Origin: an uncultured cyanobacterium
GTDB lineage: Bacteria; Cyanobacteriota; Cyanobacteriia; Cyanobacteriales; Nostocaceae
Length of the DNA stretch: 64,000 nt
NCBI GenBank assembly: GCA_963740315.1
Contig: CAVUDP010000001.1
Span: 1,216,001-1,280,000, forward strand
Direction: 5' to 3'
In this document: positions 20,058 to 29,798 of the stretch, one piece after another
Numbering within the stretch: the first letter of the stretch is position 1
Layout: every line of letters starts with the position of its first letter
Notes under the pieces: model-generated
Told to the model about the DNA's origin: nothing
Databases searched by the model: none
What the model saw: only the letters and a program-made list of their open reading frames with translations
Made by a program: the position numbers and the translations under genes

Positions 20058-20585
20058 CTATTCCCTATTCTCTTCATTTAACAACCGCGATAATTGACTT
20101 AAGATTTTACCCCTATAATCTGTTGATGTGTTTTTCAATTGGTACAGTTTAAGTTTGGGGAAAGCAACTTCAATGATACTATCTTCTAAAAGATGATCGA
20201 GTAAATCATCTACAATATCTTCGTTATTGACTTTATTTGTAAGGTCAAAAACACTTGTAAGATAATAAATTTGTTCTATTCCTTTTGATTCAAAGTACTG
20301 TACGAGTCGCCATGCATCAAAAGCTTGTGGATAATCTACAAATCCAGCATGAACGTCAACTATAGTATAGGATTTTTCTTCTTGAAAATAAACGCCGACT
20401 CCATGTTTATCAAAAGTCCATTTTTCCCCTTGTAGTGATAATAAACCTTGGCGGGGACAATATACAGAGAAAGATTTACTGACATTGGGATATATCTGGC
20501 GAAATGCACAAATGAGATTATTTTGAGCTTCTACGAACTCTGAAATAATTTGAACTGCCTCAGCGCTTTTGATTGACGACTTCAT
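20058..20585 (-). CDS. Hypothetical protein, DUF6896-like
   Basis: 175-aa ORF with RBS-like AGGAG upstream. The KHGVGVYF...VDVH...FDAWRL pattern is recalled for DUF6896; the family call is tentative. Confidence 0.6.
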   Translation of the reverse strand: MKSSIKSAEAVQIISEFVEAQNNLICAFRQIYPNVSKSFSVYCPRQGLLSLQGEKWTFDKHGVGVYFQEEKSYTIVDVHAGFVDYPQAFDAWRLVQYFESKGIEQIYYLTSVFDLTNKVNNEDIVDDLLDHLLEDSIIEVAFPKLKLYQLKNTSTDYRGKILSQLSRLLNEENRE

Positions 20586-21042
20586 TTACTGTACTCCTAG
20601 CCTTTAGATTGCCAATACATAGCCCACATAGCTACTTTCAATAATATTAGTTTTTTTGCATTTAGGCTTTATCTTTAAGAATAATCAAATAATGGTCAGC
20701 CCCATCGGTTTAATATGATTTTCGATACAAATCAAAGTGCAAAGACTTATGCCCAGCAATGTCTTTAAAGGATTTATGTGTGTTTTTCTTTTTAGTGAAA
20801 CAGTATAACTCGTATTTTATGTAATTCTACTAAAAAATAACTTACCTTAAAATATTTTATATTATTGTTAGTTGATAAATGAGTTCTCAGTATTTTAATT
20901 AATTCTATAATTATCAAACCTTAGTAATACTATTAGCACAATAGACATCTCTATTGATTGAGATAAAAATTTTCATCTTTGATTTTATAATTTGTTGTGT
21001 AAATGGGAACTATAAGTATAGCCTTTAGTCTCCGTCACACTT

Positions 21043-23217
21043 ATGTTAGCAAACTCTTTAATTAGCATTCCCAAAGCCGAATACGAATCAATGCGCGATC
21101 GCCGTGTGCAGTTGCAATCTGCTGTAACTACTTTAGAAAAAAGATTGCACGGGTTAGCGGATAACGTACCGGGGATGATTTATCAATTTTGCCTCAACCA
21201 AGATGGTACCATGTCGCTTCCTTATGTATCTTCAGGTTGCCAGCAAATTTTCGAGGTAGAAGCGCAAAAAATTCAGCAACAACCTGAAATAATGTTCTCA
21301 ATGCTGCATCCAGATGATGAAGCTCAATTTAATCAAACAATCTCGGAATCAGCCCAAACTTTGCAAAAATGGGAACTAGAATGGCGCATCATTACTCCTT
21401 CAGGTAAAGAAAAATGGCTGCAAGGATTTTCTCAACCAGAATTACAAGAAGATGGTTCTATACTTTGGTATGGCTGCGTTACCGATATTACCAAGCGCAA
21501 GCAAGCTGAAATTGAATTAGCACAACTTAACGAACAATTAGAAGCAAAAATACAAGAAAAAACGGCGGAATTACAAGCTTCCCAAGAAAGATTGCAGCGT
21601 TTGGCGGATAAGGTACCGGGGATGCTTTACGAATATCGTCTTGATGAGAGAAATGCTTCATTACCTTATGTATCTTCTGGAAGTAGTTTGATTTTTGAGT
21701 TACAACCAAAAGAAATTCAACAAGATGTAGAAATAATTAATCGACAAATTCATCCTGAAGATTTTCCTAAAGTAACTGAAGCTATTTTAAAATCTGCTCA
21801 AACTCTGGAACAATGGGAATATTCTTGGCGAATTACTACACCTTCGGGTAAACAAAAGTGGATACAAGGTATTTCTCAACCGACATTACAGGAAGATGGT
21901 TCGATACTTTGGTACGGTTGTTTTATTGATGTTACCAAGCGCCAACAAGTAGAAACAGAATTGCGGCAGAAAGAACAACAGTATCGGAATATTTTTGAAA
22001 CAGTTAGCGATGGCTTATTCATCTGCGATTTAGAAACTGGATTGGTAGTAACAGTAAATCCTGCGGCTTGCGAACTATATGATTATTCTCAAGAAGAATT
22101 TATCGGCATACATCCTACAAAATTTATTCATCCATGTCATTATTCTTTATTTGAAAGTTTTTTACAAACTATATCTGCTGGTGAAAGCTTTCATTCTCAC
22201 GCGATAACTTCGCGTAAAGATGGTTCAAGACTAGATGTTGATGTTAAAGGAAGTCAATGCATTTATAACGGTAAACCTCATGCCCTATCAATTGTGCGGG
22301 ATATCACTCAGCGACAGCTAGCAGAAGAAAAACTGCAAAAACAAGCTCGTACTCTAAAAGAAGCCTTGCATAAACTCAGAAATACCCAAGCCAAACTCGT
22401 ACAGTCGGAGAAAATGTCATCTTTGGGACAAATGGTAGCTGGAGTAGCCCACGAAATCAACAACCCCGTTAATTTTATTCACGGCAATCTTCAACCCGCT
22501 ACCGAATACGTACAAGATTTATTAGGATTGCTAACACTTTACCAAGAATATTATCCCCAACCGCATCCCGAAATCCAAGCAGAAATTGAGACAATCGAAC
22601 TTGATTTTGTTCAAAATGACTTAACTCAAATTCTCAACTCGATGCAAGAAGGTACCAAACGCATTCGAGAAATTGTTTTATCGCTGCGGAATTTTTCCCG
22701 ATTGGATGAAGCTGATTTCAAACAGGCAAATATCCATCAAGGTATTGATTCCACTTTGATGATTTTAAATAACCGTCTCAAAGCTAAACCAGGTTTTCCC
22801 GAAATTCAAATAATTAAAGAATACGATATATTCCCTTCTATACAATGTTATCCCGGACAACTTAACCAAGTATTTATGAATATTTTGGTAAATGCCATTG
22901 ATGCATTGGAACATGGAATCAAAAACGGCAGTAAATTACTCAATCCTCAAATTAGTATTAATACAAAATTAATTAAATCGCGCTATATTAAAATCAGTAT
23001 TGCCGATAACGGTTGTGGAATTCCTCCAAACATTCAAAATAAATTATTTGACCCCTTTTTTACAACCAAAGAAGTAGGTAAAGGTACCGGCTTAGGTTTA
23101 TCCATCAGTTATCAAATCGTAGTTGAAAAACACCGTGGAAAACTTTATTGTTATTCTAAGCCGGGGAAGGGAACCGAGTTTGTAATTGAAATACCGATTT
23201 TACAGGTTAAAGGTTAA
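21043..23217 (+). CDS. Cytoplasmic triple-PAS sensor histidine kinase
   Basis: Two near-duplicate PAS/PAC units (VPGM..HP.D..TPSGK.KW.QG.SQP.LQEDGSILWYG), a third PAS, H-box VAHEINNP and HATPase boxes. Confidence 0.95.
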   Translation: MLANSLISIPKAEYESMRDRRVQLQSAVTTLEKRLHGLADNVPGMIYQFCLNQDGTMSLPYVSSGCQQIFEVEAQKIQQQPEIMFSMLHPDDEAQFNQTISESAQTLQKWELEWRIITPSGKEKWLQGFSQPELQEDGSILWYGCVTDITKRKQAEIELAQLNEQLEAKIQEKTAELQASQERLQRLADKVPGMLYEYRLDERNASLPYVSSGSSLIFELQPKEIQQDVEIINRQIHPEDFPKVTEAILKSAQTLEQWEYSWRITTPSGKQKWIQGISQPTLQEDGSILWYGCFIDVTKRQQVETELRQKEQQYRNIFETVSDGLFICDLETGLVVTVNPAACELYDYSQEEFIGIHPTKFIHPCHYSLFESFLQTISAGESFHSHAITSRKDGSRLDVDVKGSQCIYNGKPHALSIVRDITQRQLAEEKLQKQARTLKEALHKLRNTQAKLVQSEKMSSLGQMVAGVAHEINNPVNFIHGNLQPATEYVQDLLGLLTLYQEYYPQPHPEIQAEIETIELDFVQNDLTQILNSMQEGTKRIREIVLSLRNFSRLDEADFKQANIHQGIDSTLMILNNRLKAKPGFPEIQIIKEYDIFPSIQCYPGQLNQVFMNILVNAIDALEHGIKNGSKLLNPQISINTKLIKSRYIKISIADNGCGIPPNIQNKLFDPFFTTKEVGKGTGLGLSISYQIVVEKHRGKLYCYSKPGKGTEFVIEIPILQVKG

Positions 23218-23287
23218 AGGTCTGCATGTCAAAATTTACAATTATAATAACTCCTAACTCTCCATCCCCAATGCCCAATCCCCCATT

Positions 23288-24619
23288 ATGAAAAATCAGC
23301 AAGAAAGCCATTTAAACCGCGCTCGTGCTAGTCTCAGGCAGGCATTGTCTTGGTATGGCAATCTGCGTAAGCCGGGATTTGATTCGCAATTAGCAGCTTC
23401 GGTTAAACCGGAAATTCAAGTTTTGACCGCTAATCTAAATAAACTTGATTATAATACAGTCTGTATTGCCGCTTTTGGGTTGGTAAGTCGCGGTAAGTCT
23501 GCGGTTTTGAATGCGCTGATGGGACAAAAGATTTTACAAACCGGACCACTCAATGGTGTCACTCAATACCCCCGTTCTATTCGGTGGAATCCCGGCGGTA
23601 AGGTGGAAGTAGAATTAATTGATACTCCTGGCTTAGATGAAATTGCGGGGGAAACAAAAGCGCAAATGGCGCGGGAAGTGACTCGACAAGCCGATTTAAT
23701 TTTATTTGTTGTCTCCGGTGATATTACTCGTACTGAATACGAAGCGCTGTTGGATTTGCGACAGGCTCAGAAACCGTTAATTTTAGTATTTAATAAAATA
23801 GATTTATATCCCGACACCGATAAAACAGCGATTTATACCAATTTACAAGAATTAGGTGCCGGAAGTTTGGCGAAACCCTTACAACCCGATGAAATAGTCA
23901 TGGTAGCGGCGGAACCCGCACCGATGTCCGTAAGGGTAGAATATGCCGATGGTAGCGAAGATTATGAATGGGAAACTTTACCACCGCAAATAGAGGAACT
24001 TCAACAAACCATTCTCAAAATTCTTAATCGTGAAGGGCGATCGCTTTTATCGCTCAACGCCTTAGTACAAGCAAGAGATGCCGAAGAATCCATTGCAGCT
24101 AAAACTGTAGAATTGCGAGAAAAACAAGCCGAAGAATTGATTTGGCAGTATACAAAATACAAATCATTAGCAGTGGGGTTAAATCCTGTCGCCTTTTTAG
24201 ATATATGTGGCGGAATTGTGGCAGATTTAGCCTTAATTCGTTCTTTATCTCGGCTTTACGGTTTACCGATGACGGGTTACGAAGCCGGAAAACTGTTAAA
24301 AACCATTTTATTAAGTTCCGGTGGTTTACTCTTAGGGGAATTAGGCAGCAGCTTTCTTTTAGGTTTTAGCAAAAGCGCGATCGCCATTAGTGGTGAAAGT
24401 CCCCTGAATATCACTGCCTTTGCAGGTACCGCCGTCACGCAAGCAGGTATCTCTGGTTACGGGGCATATTCCGTAGGTAAAGCGGCTCAAAAGTATTTAG
24501 AAAAAGGCTGCTCCTGGGGAGAATTAGGCGTTAGCAACGTTATTGAAGAGATATTGCGCGAAGTAGAATCAGATACTATTTTGTATCGTTTGCAGCAGGA
24601 ATTGAAAATCGGGAAATAA
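23288..24619 (+). CDS. GTP-binding protein with DUF697 domain
   Basis: G1 GLVSRGKS, G3 DTPG, G4 NKID and a hydrophobic C-terminal region. Confidence 0.88.
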   Translation: MKNQQESHLNRARASLRQALSWYGNLRKPGFDSQLAASVKPEIQVLTANLNKLDYNTVCIAAFGLVSRGKSAVLNALMGQKILQTGPLNGVTQYPRSIRWNPGGKVEVELIDTPGLDEIAGETKAQMAREVTRQADLILFVVSGDITRTEYEALLDLRQAQKPLILVFNKIDLYPDTDKTAIYTNLQELGAGSLAKPLQPDEIVMVAAEPAPMSVRVEYADGSEDYEWETLPPQIEELQQTILKILNREGRSLLSLNALVQARDAEESIAAKTVELREKQAEELIWQYTKYKSLAVGLNPVAFLDICGGIVADLALIRSLSRLYGLPMTGYEAGKLLKTILLSSGGLLLGELGSSFLLGFSKSAIAISGESPLNITAFAGTAVTQAGISGYGAYSVGKAAQKYLEKGCSWGELGVSNVIEEILREVESDTILYRLQQELKIGK

Positions 24620-24702
24620 AACAATACATATTTAGATAAAAACCGTCACCAAACCACCGTATAATTATTTTTACCTATCCCTTGACTCAGGAGAATAAAG
24701 CC

Positions 24703-25017
24703 ATGCCAATGGCAGTAGGAGTAATCGAAACATTAAGTTTTCCTGCAATACTTATAGCCTCAGACACTATGGTTAAATCTGCCGCAGTTACTGTAGTTTT
24801 TTACGATAAATCGGAAAGCGGACGCTTTTTTGTTGCAGTCAGGGGACGGGTTGCTGAAGTTCAACGTGCTGTAGCAGCAGGGCTTGAATCTGTTGAAAAA
24901 GAATCGCATGGAGGTGAAGTAATGAGTCATTATATCGTGCCCAATCCTCCAGAAAATGTAGAAAACATTTTACCAATCCATTTCACTTCAAAATCAGAAC
25001 CTTTTCGTATGCTGTAA
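24703..25017 (+). CDS. ccmK3: Carboxysome shell protein CcmK3
   Basis: BMC domain (AVGVIET...VRG...IVPNP) with RBS CAGGAG before ATG 24703. It is the first of the tandem pair. Confidence 0.88.
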   Translation: MPMAVGVIETLSFPAILIASDTMVKSAAVTVVFYDKSESGRFFVAVRGRVAEVQRAVAAGLESVEKESHGGEVMSHYIVPNPPENVENILPIHFTSKSEPFRML

Positions 25018-25088
25018 TACGCGGTTGTTCGATTTCTGAGATGATTAAGAATATATCGATAGCTATTAATTAATACAGGAGATAATAA

Positions 25089-25439
25089 ATGTCATCACAG
25101 GCAGTTGGTTCTTTAGAAACTAAAGGTTTTCCTGCGGTATTAGCAGCGGCGGATGCAATGGTAAAAGCCGGTAGAGTCACGCTTGTCGGCTATATACGAG
25201 TTGGTAGCGCTCGCTTTACAGTTAATATTCGCGGCGATGTTTCCGAAGTCAAAGCTTCTATGGCTGCTGGTATCGAAGCCGCAGAAAGCTGTCATGGTGG
25301 AACACTCGAATCTTGGGTAATTATTCCCCGTCCCCACGAAAACGTTGAATCTGTTTTACCAATTGGTTATTCCGAAGATGTGGAAGAATATCGACTTTCT
25401 GTAGAAAATCCGATTATAGGTAGGTCTAATAGGCGCTAA
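25089..25439 (+). CDS. ccmK4: Carboxysome shell protein CcmK4
   Basis: [24 protein letters not shown] and IIPRPHENV. Confidence 0.92.
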   Translation: MSSQAVGSLETKGFPAVLAAADAMVKAGRVTLVGYIRVGSARFTVNIRGDVSEVKASMAAGIEAAESCHGGTLESWVIIPRPHENVESVLPIGYSEDVEEYRLSVENPIIGRSNRR

Positions 25440-25590
25440 TTAGTAAAATTTTACTGGGATTGGGTAATAATAAGTCGTTTGATAAGTTAAATCTAGTTGT
25501 ATCGAATTAATTCTATATTACTACTGACGCGCCCAATAGCCTGTTTCTGTTAAAAAGTTTTATCTTGCATTTATTTGTAATGGCGTTAAA

Positions 25591-25614
25591 AAAAGTACCC
25601 CAACGGGTACTTTT
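25591..25614. terminator. Hairpin AAAAGTACCC-CAAC-GGGTACTTTT, probable intrinsic terminator
   Basis: Perfect 10-bp stem with A/T tails downstream of ccmK4. Confidence 0.7.
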
Positions 25615-26201
25615 ATATTTTTAGGATTTTTTTGAAAATAAAGATCGAAATAACTATATTTAATTTGTTTGCTATGTGATTATTTTTTTTACAACCTAAA
25701 TTTAACCGATGCTATTTAGCAACATCTTTATATTAACTGCGATGATATACAAACAAACTTCAGCAATTAGTAGAATGTGTGTAAAAATAAATACTAATCT
25801 AAATCTAGATATTAGAGGTGAAACTAATATATATAAAGCAACGTCTCGATTACAAGTGAATTCTATTCTTTACGTTGATTAATAGTCTGATGTTATCAAT
25901 TTACAAAATATTGAAAATGGTACTTTGTAAATCTGTCCGAAGATAGATATAAATAATCTAATTAAATATAAAAGATTGGACTTTGCAAAAATTTACATTC
26001 CGGAAAACTAAGGAAGATAGCTTAAAAGCGCGATTACTTTACTTATTATATTAATTGGTTTTTAGGTTAACGGGTAAAATTTTGCATAATTTGGACTGAT
26101 TGAGACGTATTAAAAATAGAATCCATTCAATATTTTGGATATTTTAGCCTGATGGCGCGACAACTAATTAAATTCACTAATTGCGATGGAGGGGGGTTGT
26201 G

Positions 26202-27374
26202 ATGCAAACTTTAAAGCATGGTTTTGAGGAGCGCAATCTCAATATGATATCTGAAGCGGAAAAACTAGAGCAATATTGGCAAAATCGCTTAGCTGATGAA
26301 TGCTCGCAACACAGTGAAGCCATAAGAGAAAGTATAGTTAAGTGGCTTATAGGCAGCGATAAGCAACGCTTTGAAAATCTCGACGTTAAAGAATTAAAAA
26401 TCGCCAAGCAAGCGATCGAATATCGCTATCGGATTTTGTGTCAGCGATACTTGGGGTTGGGTAGGGAGCGTGCTTATCGCAATCTGATTACTCGTTTGGG
26501 AAGTTTAGCGACATTGCGATCCAAAATTCAAACTTGGATTTCTTTGAGTCGCGATCGCCAGCGTAAAGTATTGGATGTGTTGCAAGAGATACTCCAAGAA
26601 TTACTGCAAAGCGACAAGTATATGGTTTCGCAGATGGCTTGTATTTCTGAGTTTACCAATGATACTAGGTTGAGAAATGCCTTGGTGTTTGCGAGTTTGG
26701 AAGAGTATTGTATGCGACCAATACGCAACCAGCCATTACTGGTATATCGCTTTGTTAACTATTTAAAGAGAACTCAGCGGGGTGGTTTAACTCAGGTACC
26801 CACTAAGGATTTGGTGCGGTTGGTTTCTGAAGAAGTATTTGCTGATGACGGTGAAAACCGAGTCAGTTTGGTAGATAGAAACGCGATCGAAGATTATCAA
26901 GAAGAGGAAAAATCCCAGGAGCAACAAATTCAGCGTAGTTTGGTAAAAGAGGAATTCTCGGAATATCTTAAAGAAAATTTGGGAGAAGATGCAACCCAGT
27001 GGCTGCAACTGTATCTTAAAGGCTTGAGCCAAGATGCGATCGCCAAAAAATTAGGTAAGCCAATTAAAGAAATTTATCGGTTGCGAGAAAAAATTGGTTA
27101 TCATGCGGTGCGGGTTTTTGCCATCAAAGATAAACCAGAGTTAATCGCTAACTGGCTGGAAACTTCTTTATTGGAACACAATTTAGGATTGACACCGCAG
27201 CAATGGGAACAATTCCAAGAAAAATTATCACCCGTGCAAAAGCAAGTGTTAGAAATGTCGAAAACGGGTAAAACCATCGAAGAGATTGCCCAAAATCTCA
27301 AACGTAAAAATCATCAGATAATGGGAGAGTGGACAAAAGTGTATTTAGCGGCTCAAGCTGTACGCAGTGAATAA
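26202..27374 (+). CDS. HetZ-related protein (type 2), putative DNA-binding regulator
   Basis: YRYRILCQRYLG and QPLLVYRFVNY, plus two HTH-like segments (LSQDAIAKKLG, KTIEEIAQNL). Start chosen after GGAGG. Confidence 0.75.
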   Translation: MQTLKHGFEERNLNMISEAEKLEQYWQNRLADECSQHSEAIRESIVKWLIGSDKQRFENLDVKELKIAKQAIEYRYRILCQRYLGLGRERAYRNLITRLGSLATLRSKIQTWISLSRDRQRKVLDVLQEILQELLQSDKYMVSQMACISEFTNDTRLRNALVFASLEEYCMRPIRNQPLLVYRFVNYLKRTQRGGLTQVPTKDLVRLVSEEVFADDGENRVSLVDRNAIEDYQEEEKSQEQQIQRSLVKEEFSEYLKENLGEDATQWLQLYLKGLSQDAIAKKLGKPIKEIYRLREKIGYHAVRVFAIKDKPELIANWLETSLLEHNLGLTPQQWEQFQEKLSPVQKQVLEMSKTGKTIEEIAQNLKRKNHQIMGEWTKVYLAAQAVRSE

Positions 27375-27576
27375 ATCTTTAGTAAATAGTTAATAAATCT
27401 TTGTTTTCCTCCACGTATTAAAGCCTATGCTTACTTGTGAAGGGGCTGCACGGCAGCGTTTAGCACGAGCGTTTGTAAATAATTTGACTTTTATTTACTT
27501 AAAAGACTTTATCAATATAGTGCCAAATGCCGTCGAGAGCGCATACGATGGAGTCAAACATTAAGCGATTAGACCT

Positions 27577-28791
27577 ATGTTGTCTTCCGAAGGCAAACCA
27601 AATGATACAAGTACAGTAGCCAATCAAAAGCTATCTAAGACTATAAAGACTGGCGATGCATTATTAGATCCAAACCAACAACCAGTACGCGAACACATAT
27701 TTCGACTCATAGAAGAAGGTATTTTGTGTTTTGAGGCTTGCCTCTACCATCAAATTTTACCTTTGAAGTTGGAATATAACAGTCTGTTGTTGGGCATCGT
27801 TAATCCTAAAGACGCGGCAGCATTAAAATATGTAAATAGTATATTATCTTACTTAAAATGTACGGTAGTAACTAAAATCTTGTCTGCCGAAAATCACCGC
27901 ATCATATTGTCACAATACCTCAGCTACAAAAACGCATCGTCCGAGCCTAAGTTACATAAAAATGTTGTTGAAGTAGATTCCGAATTTGCAGAAGATTTAG
28001 AAGAAGAACTACCCGGAGATAATACTTTAATCCTGTTTGATGTTTCGAGTGAAGTTAATAAGACAAATTTTTCGGATCGAGAGCGTAAGAAATCTCCCGC
28101 TCGTAAACCTGTAAATAACGAAGATTTTGATAAAAATACCGATGCAGATATTTTTGAAGTTGTATCGGCAGATAATTTACCGATATTAAGATTACCTCTT
28201 CCAGAATCATTCATTAGCGATCGCGTACTATCAAGCCTTCCACCGAAAAAATTGCTCAAAGAATTGCTAGCAAGAGTTTTAGCAGGTGGGATCGGTCGTT
28301 TGTATTTGGAAAGACAGCCCGATCGAGGTAGAATACTTTGGAGTTTGAACGGGATAGTGCAGTCGGTAATAGAAGAACTACCGCTATCGGCGTTTCAAGG
28401 CGTACTCAATGAGTTAAAGCGATTGAGTTCTTTGCCAATGGTGACATTAACGCAGGCAAAACAAATAGAAATAGAATGTTTGTATCAACAGCAGCATTTG
28501 TTATTGCGTTTGCGAGTTATGCCGGGAATGCATGGTGAAGAAGCAACTTTACAAGTATTGCGCGGGGCTGCATTAAAATTTTATCAGCAACAACAGCTAA
28601 CCCGCCTTAGTAGTGACGTTTTAGGGGCTTCCCAACAGTTGAGTTACAAAGTACACGAACTACAGCAAAGACTGTCGTTAAATTTACCAAACTTAAATCC
28701 TCAGCAACAAGAAGCTTTAACTAGCTTAAACGAACTCGTTAAAGATTTAGATCGTCATTTAAAAATACTTACAGATATTCCCCCAATGTAA
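27577..28791 (+). CDS. GspE/PilB N-terminal-like protein lacking the ATPase domain
   Basis: ILPL...LLLGIVNP.D resembles T2SSE_N. LRLRVMPGMHGEEATLQVLR resembles the PilB N2 domain. No Walker A motif is present. Confidence 0.7.
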   Translation: MLSSEGKPNDTSTVANQKLSKTIKTGDALLDPNQQPVREHIFRLIEEGILCFEACLYHQILPLKLEYNSLLLGIVNPKDAAALKYVNSILSYLKCTVVTKILSAENHRIILSQYLSYKNASSEPKLHKNVVEVDSEFAEDLEEELPGDNTLILFDVSSEVNKTNFSDRERKKSPARKPVNNEDFDKNTDADIFEVVSADNLPILRLPLPESFISDRVLSSLPPKKLLKELLARVLAGGIGRLYLERQPDRGRILWSLNGIVQSVIEELPLSAFQGVLNELKRLSSLPMVTLTQAKQIEIECLYQQQHLLLRLRVMPGMHGEEATLQVLRGAALKFYQQQQLTRLSSDVLGASQQLSYKVHELQQRLSLNLPNLNPQQQEALTSLNELVKDLDRHLKILTDIPPM

Positions 28792-28990
28792 ATAAATAGT
28801 CAGTGAAACCGCTGATGAGTATTTGTAAATGATTGTGTTGTAATAGAAACCATTACCGTTAATTCTAAAGAGTTGCGGTTAGATAAATTTAAATTTTGCC
28901 ACCGTAATTGACTGATTTATTACGGGTGAAATCTATTTATATAAAATCCTAGCTCCAGCTTTTTTTTAATCTATTTGTGGCAGATATTTC

Positions 28991-29674
28991 ATGCAGACAG
29001 CGGTTTTCAGCGACATTTTTCCCTTAATGAGTACGGCTAATCCCCAAACTTTGGAATGGCTACTTAACGTTGCAACAATGCACGGATATCCCGCAGGGCG
29101 AGCCGTTTTAATGGAAGACTCTTGGGGAAATGCAGTTTACTTTGTTTTATCGGGTTGGGTAAAAGTACGGCGCACTACCAGTGAAGATACTCGTGCCCTA
29201 GCAATTTTAGGTAAAGGCGATTTTTTTGGAGAAATGGCGATTTTAGATGAATCTCCTCGTTCTACCGATGTCATTGCTCTTTCCCCAGTAGAATTAATTA
29301 GCGTATCGAGAGAGAGCTTTATTCAAATATTATTTAAAGACTCCCAATTGCATCATCGGATGCTGCAACTGATGGTAAAGCGGATGCGTTACGTTAATTT
29401 ACGCTTGCATATGCGAGCCGCACCACCAGCAGTAAAATTAGCTCATACTTTGGTTTCTTTGGGTGAGAGTTACGGAGTAGAAGCTGAAAAAGGAAAAGAT
29501 ATTTATAACATTCCTTTTGCCGATTTAGCGGATGTTACCGACATCGGGATTGAAGAAACCACCCAAATTATGGAAAAGCTGCACGAAAAAGCTTGGATTA
29601 ACATCGACACCACCAAAGAGATAATTCGTCTGCTTAATTTCAAGCAATTGGTGAATTTGGCTGGCAAAATTTAA
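28991..29674 (+). CDS. Crp/Fnr-family transcriptional regulator
   Basis: cNMP-binding motifs SGWVKV, FFGEMA and PRST, with a C-terminal HTH-like region. Confidence 0.92.
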   Translation: MQTAVFSDIFPLMSTANPQTLEWLLNVATMHGYPAGRAVLMEDSWGNAVYFVLSGWVKVRRTTSEDTRALAILGKGDFFGEMAILDESPRSTDVIALSPVELISVSRESFIQILFKDSQLHHRMLQLMVKRMRYVNLRLHMRAAPPAVKLAHTLVSLGESYGVEAEKGKDIYNIPFADLADVTDIGIEETTQIMEKLHEKAWINIDTTKEIIRLLNFKQLVNLAGKI

Positions 29675-29798
29675 TTCGTCGCAATCTTAATTTAAAATTT
29701 TCCGTTACCTGGTTTTTTGAAAAAGCCGGGTTTTTTAATTATTTACGCTATAAATTATAAGTTAAATTAAAAAATTCTTAACTGAGAATTCTGAAAAA

